From: Fonticula alba ATCC 38817
Taxonomy: Eukaryota > Protista > Nucleariida
DNA length: 55,071 nt
Strand: one strand, 5' to 3'
NCBI GenBank assembly: GCA_000388065.2
Contig: KB932205.1
Part shown: one piece after another, positions 25,201-37,376 of the stretch
Layout: every line of letters starts with the position of its first letter
Position numbering within the stretch: position 1 is the first letter of the stretch
Program-made: the position numbers and the translations under genes
Notes under the pieces: model-generated
The model's input: the letters and a program-made list of their open reading frames with translations, nothing else
The model's database searches: none
Told to the model about the DNA's origin: nothing

Positions 25201-28200
25201 CGGCCGGCATCCTCACCGGCACCTCCGGGGCCGGGGCTTCATCGCCGCTGAATGTCGTGCAGACCCTGCTGGATGCGGCGGCCCGATGCACGGCCCCGCG
25301 GGTGATTGGCCTGCCCCCGCGACTGCTCCAGCGCCTGGGGCAAACCTTCAATGCTTGGTATGCGGCGACCGAGCTGCTGGAGCGCTATGCGGCCCAGCGC
25401 TCGGCCCTGGCCGGGGACCGGTACATCGGCCTGGCCGCCGGGCTGGGGGATGGGCTGGCCACGGCCGGCGCGGCCGGTGCCTCCCTCGGCGACGGCATTG
25501 ACGCCTGCCCGCGACTGATGAGCGACTTTGATGCGCTGCATGCGCGCCCTGGCGCCGATGAGTGGAGCACCCTGCCGGCCGATGCCGATGCCGATGACAC
25601 CGGCGGCGATGCCGCGGCCTATGGGCTCCCCCGGCCGGCGCGGCTGTTGCCCGGCACTGTCGGTGTCGATGATGGCACATCCTCGGCCGATGGGGCCCCC
25701 GGCCCGGCGGCCGCCGGGACCATCGGCGCCAATGACCTCCTGGCGTCGGTCAGCCAAATGCACCAGGAGGATGACGACCGTCTGGGGGACGCGGCCCTCG
25801 GCAGCCTGGCCGCCCTGTATGGCGAGCTCGGCGAGTCGGATGCCTGCTTCGGGGTGTGGCGCCGGCGGGCCCTGCTGCCCGAGTCCCTGGTCGGGCTGAG
25901 CTACGACCAGTGTGGCCGGTGGCTGAAGGCCCAGTCGGCGTACGCGCGCGGGCTGGCCCGGGCACGCGATGAGCCTGGCGTCCTGCCGGCGGCCGAGCGT
26001 GCCCTGCTGGAAACCCGGTGGGTCGAATGTGCCCGGCGTCTGCAGCTGTGGGACATGCTGGCGGACTATGGGACCCTGTCGGCCAGCCAGGCCGAGCCCG
26101 GATCGGCCCCCTTCGTCATGGCCAATCTCCTGGTGGTCGATGCCAGCTGGCGCAGTGGGGACTGGGCTCGCCATGCGGCGGCCCTGCAAGCGGCCCAAGC
26201 CGCGCGGCCCTTCTCCCGGGACCCGGCCTTGCGCATGGCCGAGATCCTGCAAATGCTCTACTCTTACAATGCCCCGCTCGGGGGGGCCGCCACCCCCGGG
26301 GCGGCGGATGGGTCCGGCCCGGGTGGCATGCCCCCGGCAGGGGGCCCGGGCCCGGCCACCCCCGGTGCTCTGCTGACCAAGATCGACGAGTGCTACCAGT
26401 GGCTGCTCCAGCGGTGGGGCAGCTTCGCCACCGGGGCCGGCGGGGCCGGGGCCTTCGGCGCCGTGCAGATCCGCCTGCTCCAGCAATTCCAGCAACTCAT
26501 CGAATTGACCGAGTCGCACCACTTGCTGTCGCTGCTGGACCGGTCGGTGGTGCATCCGCCCGGCACGCCGGGCGTGCCGGACCCGGTGGACCCCAGCCAC
26601 CTGTCCGACGTGCGCATTACCCTGACCAATTGGCGCGACCGGCTGCCCAACCGCTGGGATGACATCGGCGTGTGGGGCGACGTGCTGGCCTGGCGCCAGC
26701 ACATGTTCGCCTCGCTGAATCTCCTGCTGAACCCGACGCAATCCGGCGCGCCGACCTTGTCGGAGGCCGCGGCCAGCCAGCTGCCCCAGCACATGGGCCA
26801 CCATGAGACGGCCTTCGGCATCAATCGCTTTGCCCATGTGGCCCGGCGCCATGGGCTCATCGACACGGCCCTCAGCGCCCTGGCCAAGATTTACCTCCTG
26901 CCGAACATCGAAATCCGCGATGCCTTCCTGAAGCTGCGCGAGCAGGCCAAGTGCTACCTGGACGCGTCGGCCCCCTCGCGGCCCGGGCGCGATGACGGCC
27001 TGGCCCTCGATGCGGCCGTCGGCCTGGATGTCATCCTCAACACCAACCTCTCGTACTTCAATGACGATCAGAAGGCCGAGTTCTTTGCCCTCAAGGGGAC
27101 CTTCTACATGCGGGTGGTGGACCAGCGCCGGCGTCTGTTGCGTTTGCAGCGCAGCCTCCTGGCCCCGGGGACCGGTCCGGGCACCGGGGCCCCGGCTTCC
27201 CCGCCCCCGGGCGATGCGGCGGGTACCGCCCTGGTGCCGACCACGCCGGCCGAGCTGTCGGCCGCGGCCACGGCCGCCGGTGTGGACGCCAGCCAAACCG
27301 AGCATCTCATGCACCTGGCCAATTACGTCATGTCCACCGGGACATCCATGTCGCCGAAGATCCACCAAGCGTGGGCCGCCTGGGCGGACTTCCATGAGCG
27401 CCGGTACCGGGCCGAGCCGGCTGACATCCGCCTGGCCCTGAGCCTGGCCCAGTGCCTGCTGAATGCCGTGGTCCATGATGACCGGGTTCATCGGTACTCG
27501 CGACTGATTGCCCGGTTCCTGTGGCTGATCTCCAGCTTGGCGGATGCGCTGCCGGCGGCGGCTGCGGCGGCCGCCGCGGCCGCTGCCACGGCGGCCGCCG
27601 AAAACCCGGATGCCCCCCGGCCGCCGCCGCCCCGGTCACCGCTGGAGGAGATGGAAAACTTCTCGGTCGAGATTTGGAGCGTGGTGCAGCTGGTCCCGCG
27701 CGAGCGGCTGCTGCCCTTCATCCACCACCTGATCCTCGGGCTGTACCGGCCGTCGGAGTCGCGCCTGGCGCGGTCTTTCCTGCCGCTGATCGCCACTTCC
27801 TACCCGCAGCCGGTGCTGCTCAGCCTGCGTCCCCTGATGCAGGAAGCCCGGGAGATGATTCCCCGCATCGATGCCAGCCACCGGGGCTACTACAACCAGT
27901 CGATGGATGCCTACATGCGTGTGGCGCACTTCTACAATCTGGTCATCTCTTCCATCGTGGAGAAGTTCTGCGACGACATGATGACCGCCACCAAGGCCGA
28001 CCACGACACGGACATGCTGCGCATGGTGCAGGATGTCCTGCGTCAATGTCACCAGGCCACCATCCTGGCGGTGACGGCGGCCCCGAGCGCCCCGGCCGCC
28101 GAGGAGCCGCCCGGGCCCGGTGCATCGGCCGGCGGCAGCCAGCCCGGCATCCAGGAGCCGGTTCCTCTGACCATCCACCGGCACCTGATTCAGCTTGGGC

Positions 28201-30155
28201 GTTTCTTCAATCCCAAGCAGTCGCGCGTGGCCATGCCGAAGCTCTTCCTGCATGATCTCCATGTGGCCGAGGACCCGAAGGAGCAGGCCGGCCTCCCGCG
28301 TCTGACCCTGAGCCAGGCCACCGGGCGGCTGCGCATGTGGCGCGAGCGCTTCCACGAGGCGGTCCTGCTCCATCGGGCCGCTCGCCGGGACCAGGCCCTG
28401 TCCATTCAGATGATGGCCAGCCTGCCGCAAATGATGCCGCTCATGACCGGGCCGAATGTCCACCAGCCGGTGCGCAATTCCCAGCTCACTGGCGGGGTGG
28501 TGCCGCTGACGCCGGCGGCCGTGCTGGCCGGCGGGTCGCAATTGAGCACCTCCTCGCTGCACTATGGCCTGGAAGTGCCGGGGCTGGTCATGCATGCGGC
28601 CTGTGCCGGGGACCAGCTGGCCCTGACCACCCCGGGGGCGGTGCCGCGCATCCGGCGCATTCTCCACGCATCGCCCTTGGTCCGCCGGGCGGGCAATTAC
28701 GTCCGCCGGGTGAGCTTCGCCGGGACCGATGGCCGGACCTACCACTACACCGTGCAGCTGACCAACCGGTCGGCGGTGCGCTTCTCCGAGGAGCGCATTC
28801 TCACCCTCTTCCGGCTGTTGAATGCCAGCCTCCGGCGGGATGTGTCGGTGGCGGCGCGCTTTGGCGGGTGCGCCGGGGCCGGGGCCGGGGTGGCCGGCAT
28901 CAGCCCGGCCACGGCCGCCTCGTCCGGGCTCTTCGCCGCGCCGGTCATGGTCTCCCTCAGCCTGTCCATGCGCTTGGTGCAGGAGGACCCGACGGCCCTC
29001 TCGCTGGGGGACATCTTCGAGCATTATTCCTCCTCTCGGGCACAGGCAGCCGACGCGGCGGTCATGGCCTACCTGGCCCGGCTCCGGGCCCAGGCACATC
29101 TGTTCCGCCTGCCGGGGGCCGCGCAGCCCGGGCGTCTGGATGCCCTGACCCAGATCCTGACCCTGCGATTGGATGCCTTCGAGGACACGGCCCGGCGCTA
29201 TGCCCCGGCGCATGTCCTTTCCCGGCATGTGGCCCGGCTGTTCAACTCCCCGGCGGATTTGTACACCTTCCGCCGGCGCATGGCCGCCTCCTATGCGGCC
29301 ACCGTGCTGATGTCCTACTCGTTGGGCATGTCGCCGGAGCGTGATCCGCATCAGCTCCTGCTGTCGGCCTCGACCGGTGCCATGACTCTCGGGGATCTCC
29401 AGCTGAACCTCAACCAGCAGACCGTCCTGCTGGAGACCGCCGGCTCGGTGTCGGCGTATGCCAGCTCGCAGCATCTGGCCCAGGCGACGGCCCCGCCGGC
29501 CACGCCGAGCACCACCTCGCCCCCGGCATCTCCCTCTCCGGGGGCCGGCGGCGACGCGGGGCTCCTGCCAGGGCTGACCGCGGCGCCGGTGCCCTTCCGC
29601 CTGACGCCCAACATCCAGCGTGCTCTCGGGGCCACCCTGCTGGATGGAGTGTTCATCCCGTCGTTGTGGCTGTTGGCTCGCGTGCTGGCCACTCCGGGCA
29701 CCCGGCTGGCTGACCTGCTGACCATCACCCTGCGCGATGATGTGGCCGTCCTGCTGACCATGATTGTGGACCGGCTGTTTACCCAGCAGAAGCGCCGGGC
29801 CGCCGCGGCCAATGCCGGGGACGCGCCCGTCCGCCGGCCGCCGGCTCCCTTCTCGCACATTGACCGGGTCCAGCGGAATGTCGACATCATCGAACGCCGG
29901 ATCTTGCACCTGGTTGGTGGGTCGGAGGCCGTGGCCACCGGTACCAGCCTGGCCATTGCCCAGCTCGACCCCCCGAGCCTGGGGGCCATGCTTGGTGGCG
30001 CCGAGGCCGCCAAGGCGGCCGCCGGGCCGGGGGCCCTGCCTCCAGGCGGCATGCATGCCGAAACCCTTTACCAGCCGATCGTGGACCTGGTATCGGTGGC
30101 CACCTCGCCGCAGCAGCTGGCCCAGATGGATCCCACCTGGCACCCGTGGCTGTGA
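9001..30155 (+). CDS. TRRAP: TRRAP/Tra1 PIKK-family pseudokinase scaffold of SAGA/NuA4, about 6,350 aa
   Basis: Reconstructed exons: 9001-9802, 10046-10590, 10798-11706, 11858-14446, 14649-16395, 16588-16985, 17250-17564, 17708-18318, 18471-18720, 18893-22187, a possible small exon ~22295-22369, and 22561-30155. Tra1 motifs include HDNEDSAL, DILVELCLTVPVKLSDLL..LMKPLILALR, LRILGKLG, the FAT region (LTNWRDRLPNRWDDIGVWGDVLAWRQH, EIRDAFLKLREQAKCY), VPFRLTPNIQ, and FATC LAQMDPTWHPWL*. Confidence 0.95.
16997..17059 (+). repeat. 63-nt poly-C tract in a TRRAP intron
   Basis: Homopolymer beginning 11 nt downstream of the start of the GTGCGT donor at 16986. Confidence 0.9.
22217..22294 (+). repeat. 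78-nt poly-C tract in a TRRAP intron
   Basis: Homopolymer read directly from the sequence, downstream of the donor at 22188. Confidence 0.9.
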
Positions 30156-30833
30156 GAGGCTGAGCGCGGGAGCAAGAGGGTGAAAGACCGACAGCGGGGT
30201 AATCTGTGTGTGTATGTCGCCCGAGTAGATGTGCTCACGACACACATGCACACACACACACACACGCACGCATGCTTCCAAATGCCCTTGTTTTAGGCTG
30301 CTGCTGCCGCCCCCCCCCCCCCCCCTTGTGTCCCTCCTCTGGGCCTTCCCCCTTCTCTTGCCGCACTTGCGGAGGCACATGCGCGCGCGCTGATCCACTC
30401 CTGCGCGTGTCCCTGTCTTCATTCCTCCAATATACACCCTACCTGTAGCATGGCCTGTCTTCCAAACCCATGTGTACTTGTTGCCCCCTCCCCCTGCTTT
30501 GGTTTCCCAAGGATGCTCCCGTACTTTTTTTTACGCTCCCTTCCCCCTGGGCAAATCACAAGCCATGGCGGCACCTTCCCCATGAAGGTGTTTCACAAGG
30601 GCTGCATTTATTTTGTTATCTTTTCTTCATCTTCTTTCTTCGGACAACGGCCTTGTCATCATGTGCTGTGGAGGTCCCCCCGGCCCCCCGCTCGGCCGCG
30701 GGCCTGTCCCGCTGTGGTTCGGGGAAAAGGAGAAAGACTCCCACCAGGTGAGATACATCGGGGCAGCGGGCAAGCGAGTGTGGGCCGGGGCCAGGCGGCG
30801 GGGAAAGACCGGCGGAAAAGGGAGGTACACCTC

Positions 30834-31460
30834 TCACTGGAACTGATGCACGGGGAGGTTGTGGAGCTCGCCACTCAGGGCCACCGGGACCGGGGCCACA
30901 GCCGGGTTGTTGGGGACCACGCGGTTGAAGCTAATCTTATAGAGAATCCGGAAGGTGGGCCCAGCCTAGAGTGTAGTTGAGGAGGGGTGAGTGTCCACCG
31001 GCCAGGTACCCAGGCAGGAGGTCGGAGAGGAATGACAACAGAGAGGAGGGGACCAGAGATGGGACTCATGAATCACGTACTTGACCGTCGGTGGGCTTGT
31101 GGAAAAGGATTGTGAAGGGCTGGGAGATGGGAGCACTGCCAGCCGGACCGGCCTGCGAGCTGCTGGAAGGGAGCAGCTCCAGCTTCATGACCTGCGTGGA
31201 AGGGGTACCGTGTGCGCGATCACCAGGTGAGCAGGAGAAAAGGGGAAGAAGGTCAATCAGGGGAAAGGGGCGAGGAGAGAAGGAGAGAGAGAGAGAGAGA
31301 GAGAGNNNNNNNNNNNNNNNNNNNNNNNNNNNNNNNNNNNNNNNNNNNNNNNNNNNNNNNNNNNNNNNNNNNNNNNNNNNNNNNNNNNNNNNNNNNNNNN
31401 NNNNNNNNNNNNNNNNNNNNNNNNNNNNNNNNNNNNNNNNNNNNNNNNNNNNNNNNNNNN

Positions 31461-31491
<31 letters not shown>

Positions 31492-32779
31492 GAGGATGCC
31501 AGCATCACGCAAATAGCATGCACACACCTTCTGCACGGCCAACATCAGGACAAAGCTCTTGATGGCCGTGCCGGAGGGGTCGGTGTTGTGGATCTTGGCC
31601 ACAAGCTCCAGCGCCCGGTTCACAGGGATCTCATACTTCTGGGCCTCGGACGCGTCGAGCGCCCGCGACCGGATGGTCGACAGCTCAATGCGGATACCCG
31701 AAGCGTCTAGCACGACGGCTGTGTCGAATGAGCAGGAAACCAGCAGGTGAGAAGAAGACAGGGGTGCGGAGCAACGCAAACGACAGCAGCGGGAGGAAGA
31801 AGGGGAAGAGGCACAGCAGCCAAGGCGAGCGAGGAAGGGAGGGCACACACCTCCAGCGGGCATCGGGGGAGGCGCAATGGCAGTTGAAGCAGCCGGGGCG
31901 CCCGAAACGACCGGGGAGGCCGAAACCGAGCCCATGTCCACCGGGCCGGCGGGGCTGCTGGCCGAGTCCGACATGGAAAGGTTGGCGAAGAGCGAGGAGA
32001 AGGAATCGCCTGGGCCCGAGGCCGGCGCCGCCGCCAGGCCGGCATCCAGCAGGTAAGCCGAGGAGCTCTGGGTGCTGGCCACGGAGGAGGGCTCGGCCGA
32101 ATCGGCCGACGGGGTGCCGAAGCCGGAAAACGGATCGGCAAAGGCCACCGGCGAGGCACCGACAACAGGGGCAGCGGCCGGGGCCGGCAGGGTCAAGTCC
32201 AGATCCAGGAGGTTGCCAAGCACCGCCGACGAGGCCGACGGGGTGGAAGCCGCGTGCGGGGCGCCGGCCCCTGGGGGCGAGGACATGTCCAGGCTGTTGG
32301 GTCTGGTTAGCGGGGTGCATGGGGTGAGGGGGGCGGGAGAGGGGGGACATCAGGCAGGGGCGCGTACAGATTCGAGACATTGGTGTCTGCCGGCGCGGCG
32401 AGGCCGGCCGACGGGCCGAGGAGCGACGATCCCGAGGCCAGGGAGAGAGCCGTCGGGGAGAGGGGCTCGCCGATGATGTAGGCATCGACCGCGCGCAGGG
32501 CCGTGTTGATGGTGTCATTCACCTGGAGGTACTGGGCGATGCGCTGCTCGTCGATTTCCTCGTCAGCGGGGGCGTCATTGAGGATGGCCATCAGGCGCTT
32601 CTGGGATGCCTTGCAGCGAATGTAGTCTTGCTGTGGGCGGCGCGGCGCGGCGCGGCGAGAGAAGAAACGGACCAGTGAGTGCGATGCGGAGAGGGAGAAA
32701 GAAAGAGCAGGGGAGAGAGGGGGGGAGAGAGAGAGGAAGAGAGATAGAGGGGGAAGAGAGAGAGAGAGAGAGAGGGAGA

Positions 32780-32815
<36 letters not shown>

Positions 32816-33942
32816 GAGCCGAAACAAAAGGGGGTGGCTGATGTACCTGCATGGGCTCGGTCAGGACACGCGGGGTGTCCTCGGTGTCATTATTGATTGA
32901 GTTGGAGATGGCCTGTGCCAGACCGATGGCTGCCGCCTCGATGTCAGCCAGCTGAGAGCGGACCTCCGCCGCGTAGTCCGGCATGGTATCGGGGTCCTGC
33001 AAGGAGGGGGGAGAGTCAGTGGGAAGGGGGAAAAGAGAAAGACAACGCGAGGGTGGGGCGCAGGCCGACACGCACATAGCCGACCATGGCCTTCATCAGG
33101 TCGTTGGCTTCCTCGATACATTGCTTGGAGTTTTGCTGAAGCAGATATTCCAGCCGCTGAGATGGCGCCGGGAGGAAAAAAGGCAGCGGGGGAGGGAAGG
33201 CGAGAATCGGGTTAGAGGACAATGCAGCGACGTCCGGCCGTCTGACACATGGCGGGGAAGGGCGCGTACAGCCGACTGGGCCTCCTGGTCGATGCGACGC
33301 AGCTCGGATTCCGAGAGGAAGGACTGCACGCATGGCCAACAAGCAAACGAGGGGACAAGGGGGCACCAGACGGCGAGGCGAAGGGGGAGTCAGAGGCAGG
33401 TAGGTGGGGCATGCCGAAGCAACACTCCGGGCATGTATGTATATGTATGCGTGCGCGAGCGCGTATATGCACAAATATGTATATGTGGATGTGTGTCTAT
33501 GTGGCCGTCGGCACACGCACCATGGACTCCATCAGGGCGCTGAGCTCGGACTGGGGGATCTCCGGGAACTTGAAGCCCTTCGTGCGGAAGAGGGTGTACA
33601 GGTGGTTGAGGGGCGCCAGGAACAGACGGTAACGCGCATGCTGGCCAATGGTCTGGTGCCACTTGTACAGGAGTGCGAGGATTTTCTTGTGCACCGGGTT
33701 GATCAGGTCCTGTCGTGCGGATGGGCATGACACCGGGACCCGGGGGGGGGGGGGGGAGGACAGCAAAGCACGGGGTTAAAAGAGAGGTGAACAGGCGGCG
33801 GCAGAACGGAGCACGGGAAGATGAGCAGCCCCCGTACCTGTGGCTGTTCAGGGAAGGTCTTGATGAGGACGTTGAGGAACTCGCGCGAGCATGCGTGAAC
33901 CTGGAAAGCCGGGCCGGCCTTGATGAAACAGAGCTCCAGCAG
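30834..33942 (-). CDS. GGA: GGA clathrin adaptor (VHS-GAT-hinge-GAE), fungal type; 5' exons unresolved
   Basis: VHS exons: LLELCFIKAGPAFQVHACSREFLNVLIKTFPEQP and HKKILALLYKWHQTI...KGFKFPEI. GAT: EEANDLMKAMVGY and YLQVNDTINTAL. The hinge has an acidic/DPF motif. GAE: MLAVQK|VMKLELLPSS...ISQPF and FRILYKISF...GELHNLP. Stop TGA at 30836-30834. The start of the VHS domain lies in or beyond the 34041-34580 gap. Confidence 0.88.
31306..31460. other. Assembly gap (one of seven; the others are 34041-34580, 36410-36989, 43859-43903, 47080-47142, 49141-49546 and 54543-54552)
   Basis: N runs, mostly flanked by (GA)n or poly-G/C tracts. Confidence 0.99.
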
Positions 33943-35538
33943 CTGCCGATGCAATGCAAAGCAGGAACACACGCAGAAGGGGCAGGGATGAGGGTCAAAA
34001 GTGGGAGGGGCAGGGACGGCGGTGGAGACAAAGAGGGGGGNNNNNNNNNNNNNNNNNNNNNNNNNNNNNNNNNNNNNNNNNNNNNNNNNNNNNNNNNNNN
34101 NNNNNNNNNNNNNNNNNNNNNNNNNNNNNNNNNNNNNNNNNNNNNNNNNNNNNNNNNNNNNNNNNNNNNNNNNNNNNNNNNNNNNNNNNNNNNNNNNNNN
34201 NNNNNNNNNNNNNNNNNNNNNNNNNNNNNNNNNNNNNNNNNNNNNNNNNNNNNNNNNNNNNNNNNNNNNNNNNNNNNNNNNNNNNNNNNNNNNNNNNNNN
34301 NNNNNNNNNNNNNNNNNNNNNNNNNNNNNNNNNNNNNNNNNNNNNNNNNNNNNNNNNNNNNNNNNNNNNNNNNNNNNNNNNNNNNNNNNNNNNNNNNNNN
34401 NNNNNNNNNNNNNNNNNNNNNNNNNNNNNNNNNNNNNNNNNNNNNNNNNNNNNNNNNNNNNNNNNNNNNNNNNNNNNNNNNNNNNNNNNNNNNNNNNNNN
34501 NNNNNNNNNNNNNNNNNNNNNNNNNNNNNNNNNNNNNNNNNNNNNNNNNNNNNNNNNNNNNNNNNNNNNNNNNNNNNNNNGGGGGGGGGGGGAGGCGAGT
34601 GCCGGGGTCTGGATGGCTTGTGGCCCTTCCCCCTCAAGGTCGCGCGTCCTCAGGGGAGGGGGGCAAAAATAAGCATGCACGGTCAGCCGAGGGGCAAGCG
34701 ATCGGACAGGCAAGGTCACACATGCGGCGCTAGTGGGAACATGTCTGTCGGGTGGGCGCGGTGTGGGTACACGCACGCGGAGTCGGGGCCATCTAACCTT
34801 CCCCTCCCCCCCCCCCTCCCCCAGTACTGGGACGTGCTGCGGAGGTCCCCATGGAAACCGGGCTGGTCCCCGGCCGGCCGGCTGATGCCTGGACAGGACC
34901 CCAGAACCGGGGGGGGGGGGGGGAGGCAGAGAACAGCGAATGAAGGCCCCGTGTCATGCGATGCCCCCTCGCGCCTGGCCGCAGACAATGTGGCGGCGCG
35001 GTCGGCCCAAGGATGCGAAAATAAACAACCGAGTCTTGGGCCGCGAGAGTGCGGCAGGGCAGCGGGGGGCGGGGGCATGGGGAGCGGGGCCGGGAAAGAG
35101 CCGGGTCCAGATTGATGCCAGGAAAAAAAGAAATACTCTTGGCTGGCACGCCGAGGACACCCCCGCTCGTCCGTGCCCTGCGCTCCCGGGGCACACAGTA
35201 CTCCGGGCCCTGTCGCCAAGCGGCCGGTTGGGCGTATGAACCACTGGCGCCGGCCCACGGCCGCCAACTGGTCACCCATTGTCCAAATCGCCTGCGCCCT
35301 CCCCCCATCCAGGCGGCGAGGGGGGAACGGAGAAGAGGGGGTATGCGGGCCGGGCTTACTGGCCCCGCAGTGCCGGGCGCACGGAGAGCCAGGGGGGAGA
35401 GGGCAAGAGAGAGAGAGAGAGAGAGAGGGCTGAGAGCGAGGGAGAGAAAGAGGCCAAACGCATCCCACGCCAGGGCAAAAACAACGCCCGCCCCGGTCGC
35501 CGATGTCCGGCTGACCTTGGCTGAAAAGATCTCAGATG

Positions 35539-35562
35539 TGACATCATGTGGTCATGATGTCA
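35539..35562. promoter_or_regulatory. Perfect inverted repeat TGACATCATG-tggt-CATGATGTCA, candidate dimeric transcription-factor site or hairpin
   Basis: Two 10-bp arms that are exact reverse complements, with a 4-nt spacer, in the divergent GGA/Myb-SANT intergenic region. Function is inferred. Confidence 0.35.
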
Positions 35563-35722
35563 GCCGTATAGGAGGGCGTGATCGAACGGCGGGTTTTTCT
35601 CGTCTCAATTCTCCGGCCGACAAGTCCGTGTGCTTGTTGCTACCCCGGAAACACCAGAGGGAGCCTGTGCGCGGAATTATCTCCCGGAAGAAGAGGCCCG
35701 CATAACGACAGAGTAAGACACG

Positions 35723-35761
<39 letters not shown>

Positions 35762-37343
35762 GTGGAAGCAAGACAAGGAGCAGCGTCATGCTGCCAGGTC
35801 CCTCCCCCGCAAGAGGTTAGAACGGTGGGCGACCATCTGCGCTGAAAAGCTGGGCCGAACCCCGCTCTTGCCAGGGAACTCGCAGAGATGCCTGGACAAC
35901 CAGACCACGTTGTTGGCGTGCCTTCTTGGCTGGATTATCTGTGGGGCCTCGGTGGTGGCGGCTCCGACGGTGTGCCGGTGCCCCCACACACAATGCGCAC
36001 ATTAGGCAAGAGAGAGAGAGAGAGAGAGAGAGATGGGGCACCACGGTCGCTGCATGCATACGAATCGACATGAGTACACACATAGACACACTCCCACAGG
36101 CAGGGCCAAACATGTTCGGCCCGCGACCGGGCTGCTTTTCTCGCACCGGGCGCCAGGGCTTTGTTGGGGACATCGTCGGTAACCATTCCCGCCCATCGGC
36201 TGAGGCGGCGGCGGCGGCGATGGAGCCAAGCAGCACAACACGCACAATCACCGGGGGGGGGGGGGGGGACATCTTCCATCATTGTCGAAGCACGGCACAC
36301 TTCGCGACCACGGCCTGGGCGGCGTGTGGAAAAGCCCCGCCCTTGCCCCGCTCGGGCAGCGCCTCATGCGGAGGAGAGGAAGCCCCCGCCACTATGCCGT
36401 CCTCCCCCCNNNNNNNNNNNNNNNNNNNNNNNNNNNNNNNNNNNNNNNNNNNNNNNNNNNNNNNNNNNNNNNNNNNNNNNNNNNNNNNNNNNNNNNNNNN
36501 NNNNNNNNNNNNNNNNNNNNNNNNNNNNNNNNNNNNNNNNNNNNNNNNNNNNNNNNNNNNNNNNNNNNNNNNNNNNNNNNNNNNNNNNNNNNNNNNNNNN
36601 NNNNNNNNNNNNNNNNNNNNNNNNNNNNNNNNNNNNNNNNNNNNNNNNNNNNNNNNNNNNNNNNNNNNNNNNNNNNNNNNNNNNNNNNNNNNNNNNNNNN
36701 NNNNNNNNNNNNNNNNNNNNNNNNNNNNNNNNNNNNNNNNNNNNNNNNNNNNNNNNNNNNNNNNNNNNNNNNNNNNNNNNNNNNNNNNNNNNNNNNNNNN
36801 NNNNNNNNNNNNNNNNNNNNNNNNNNNNNNNNNNNNNNNNNNNNNNNNNNNNNNNNNNNNNNNNNNNNNNNNNNNNNNNNNNNNNNNNNNNNNNNNNNNN
36901 NNNNNNNNNNNNNNNNNNNNNNNNNNNNNNNNNNNNNNNNNNNNNNNNNNNNNNNNNNNNNNNNNNNNNNNNNNNNNNNNNNNNNNNNNGTCCCGCCCCG
37001 TCCCGCCCCGTCCCGCCCTACCTCCGAATGCCGGTCGCGTTGCTGGCGAGCATCGGTGCGACTCTGGTTGGTCTGCTTGTCCAGAACCGAGCACCATGTG
37101 TACTCTTCTGCGATATGGGCTCCCGCTTGGCCCGCCTTGCAGACCGCCGGCTACCCGCCATCGGGCCAGCTGGCAAACTGGACACAACAACGGCAAACAC
37201 CGGAGACAGGCCCTGCTGGTGTTATCAGCACGTCGCGCGACGCGGCGGGCCCGGACCGGGCGGGGGAATACGAGCCCCGCCTTCATTCCGGCGGGCGGGA
37301 GCGCGCCACGGGGGTCGTCAACACACACACACACCCACACAAC

Positions 37344-37376
<33 letters not shown>

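Noticed and set aside
11684-30437. Long minus-strand ORFs (784, 1261, 641, 542, 750 and 933 aa) opposite TRRAP
   Set aside because: They are antisense shadows of a GC3-rich coding strand, with R/G/Q/H/P-rich composition and no recognisable motifs.
4381-33942. Functional clustering of trafficking genes (SH3-EH, GGA) or ribosome-biogenesis genes (LTO1, ESF2)
   Set aside because: The genes are far apart with unrelated genes between them, and two genes per broad category is expected by chance.
35560-35600. GTTCGATC on the minus strand, resembling a tRNA T-loop or B-box
   Set aside because: It does not fit GTTCRANNC and I could not build a cloverleaf. No tRNA, rRNA or snRNA was recognised anywhere in the window.
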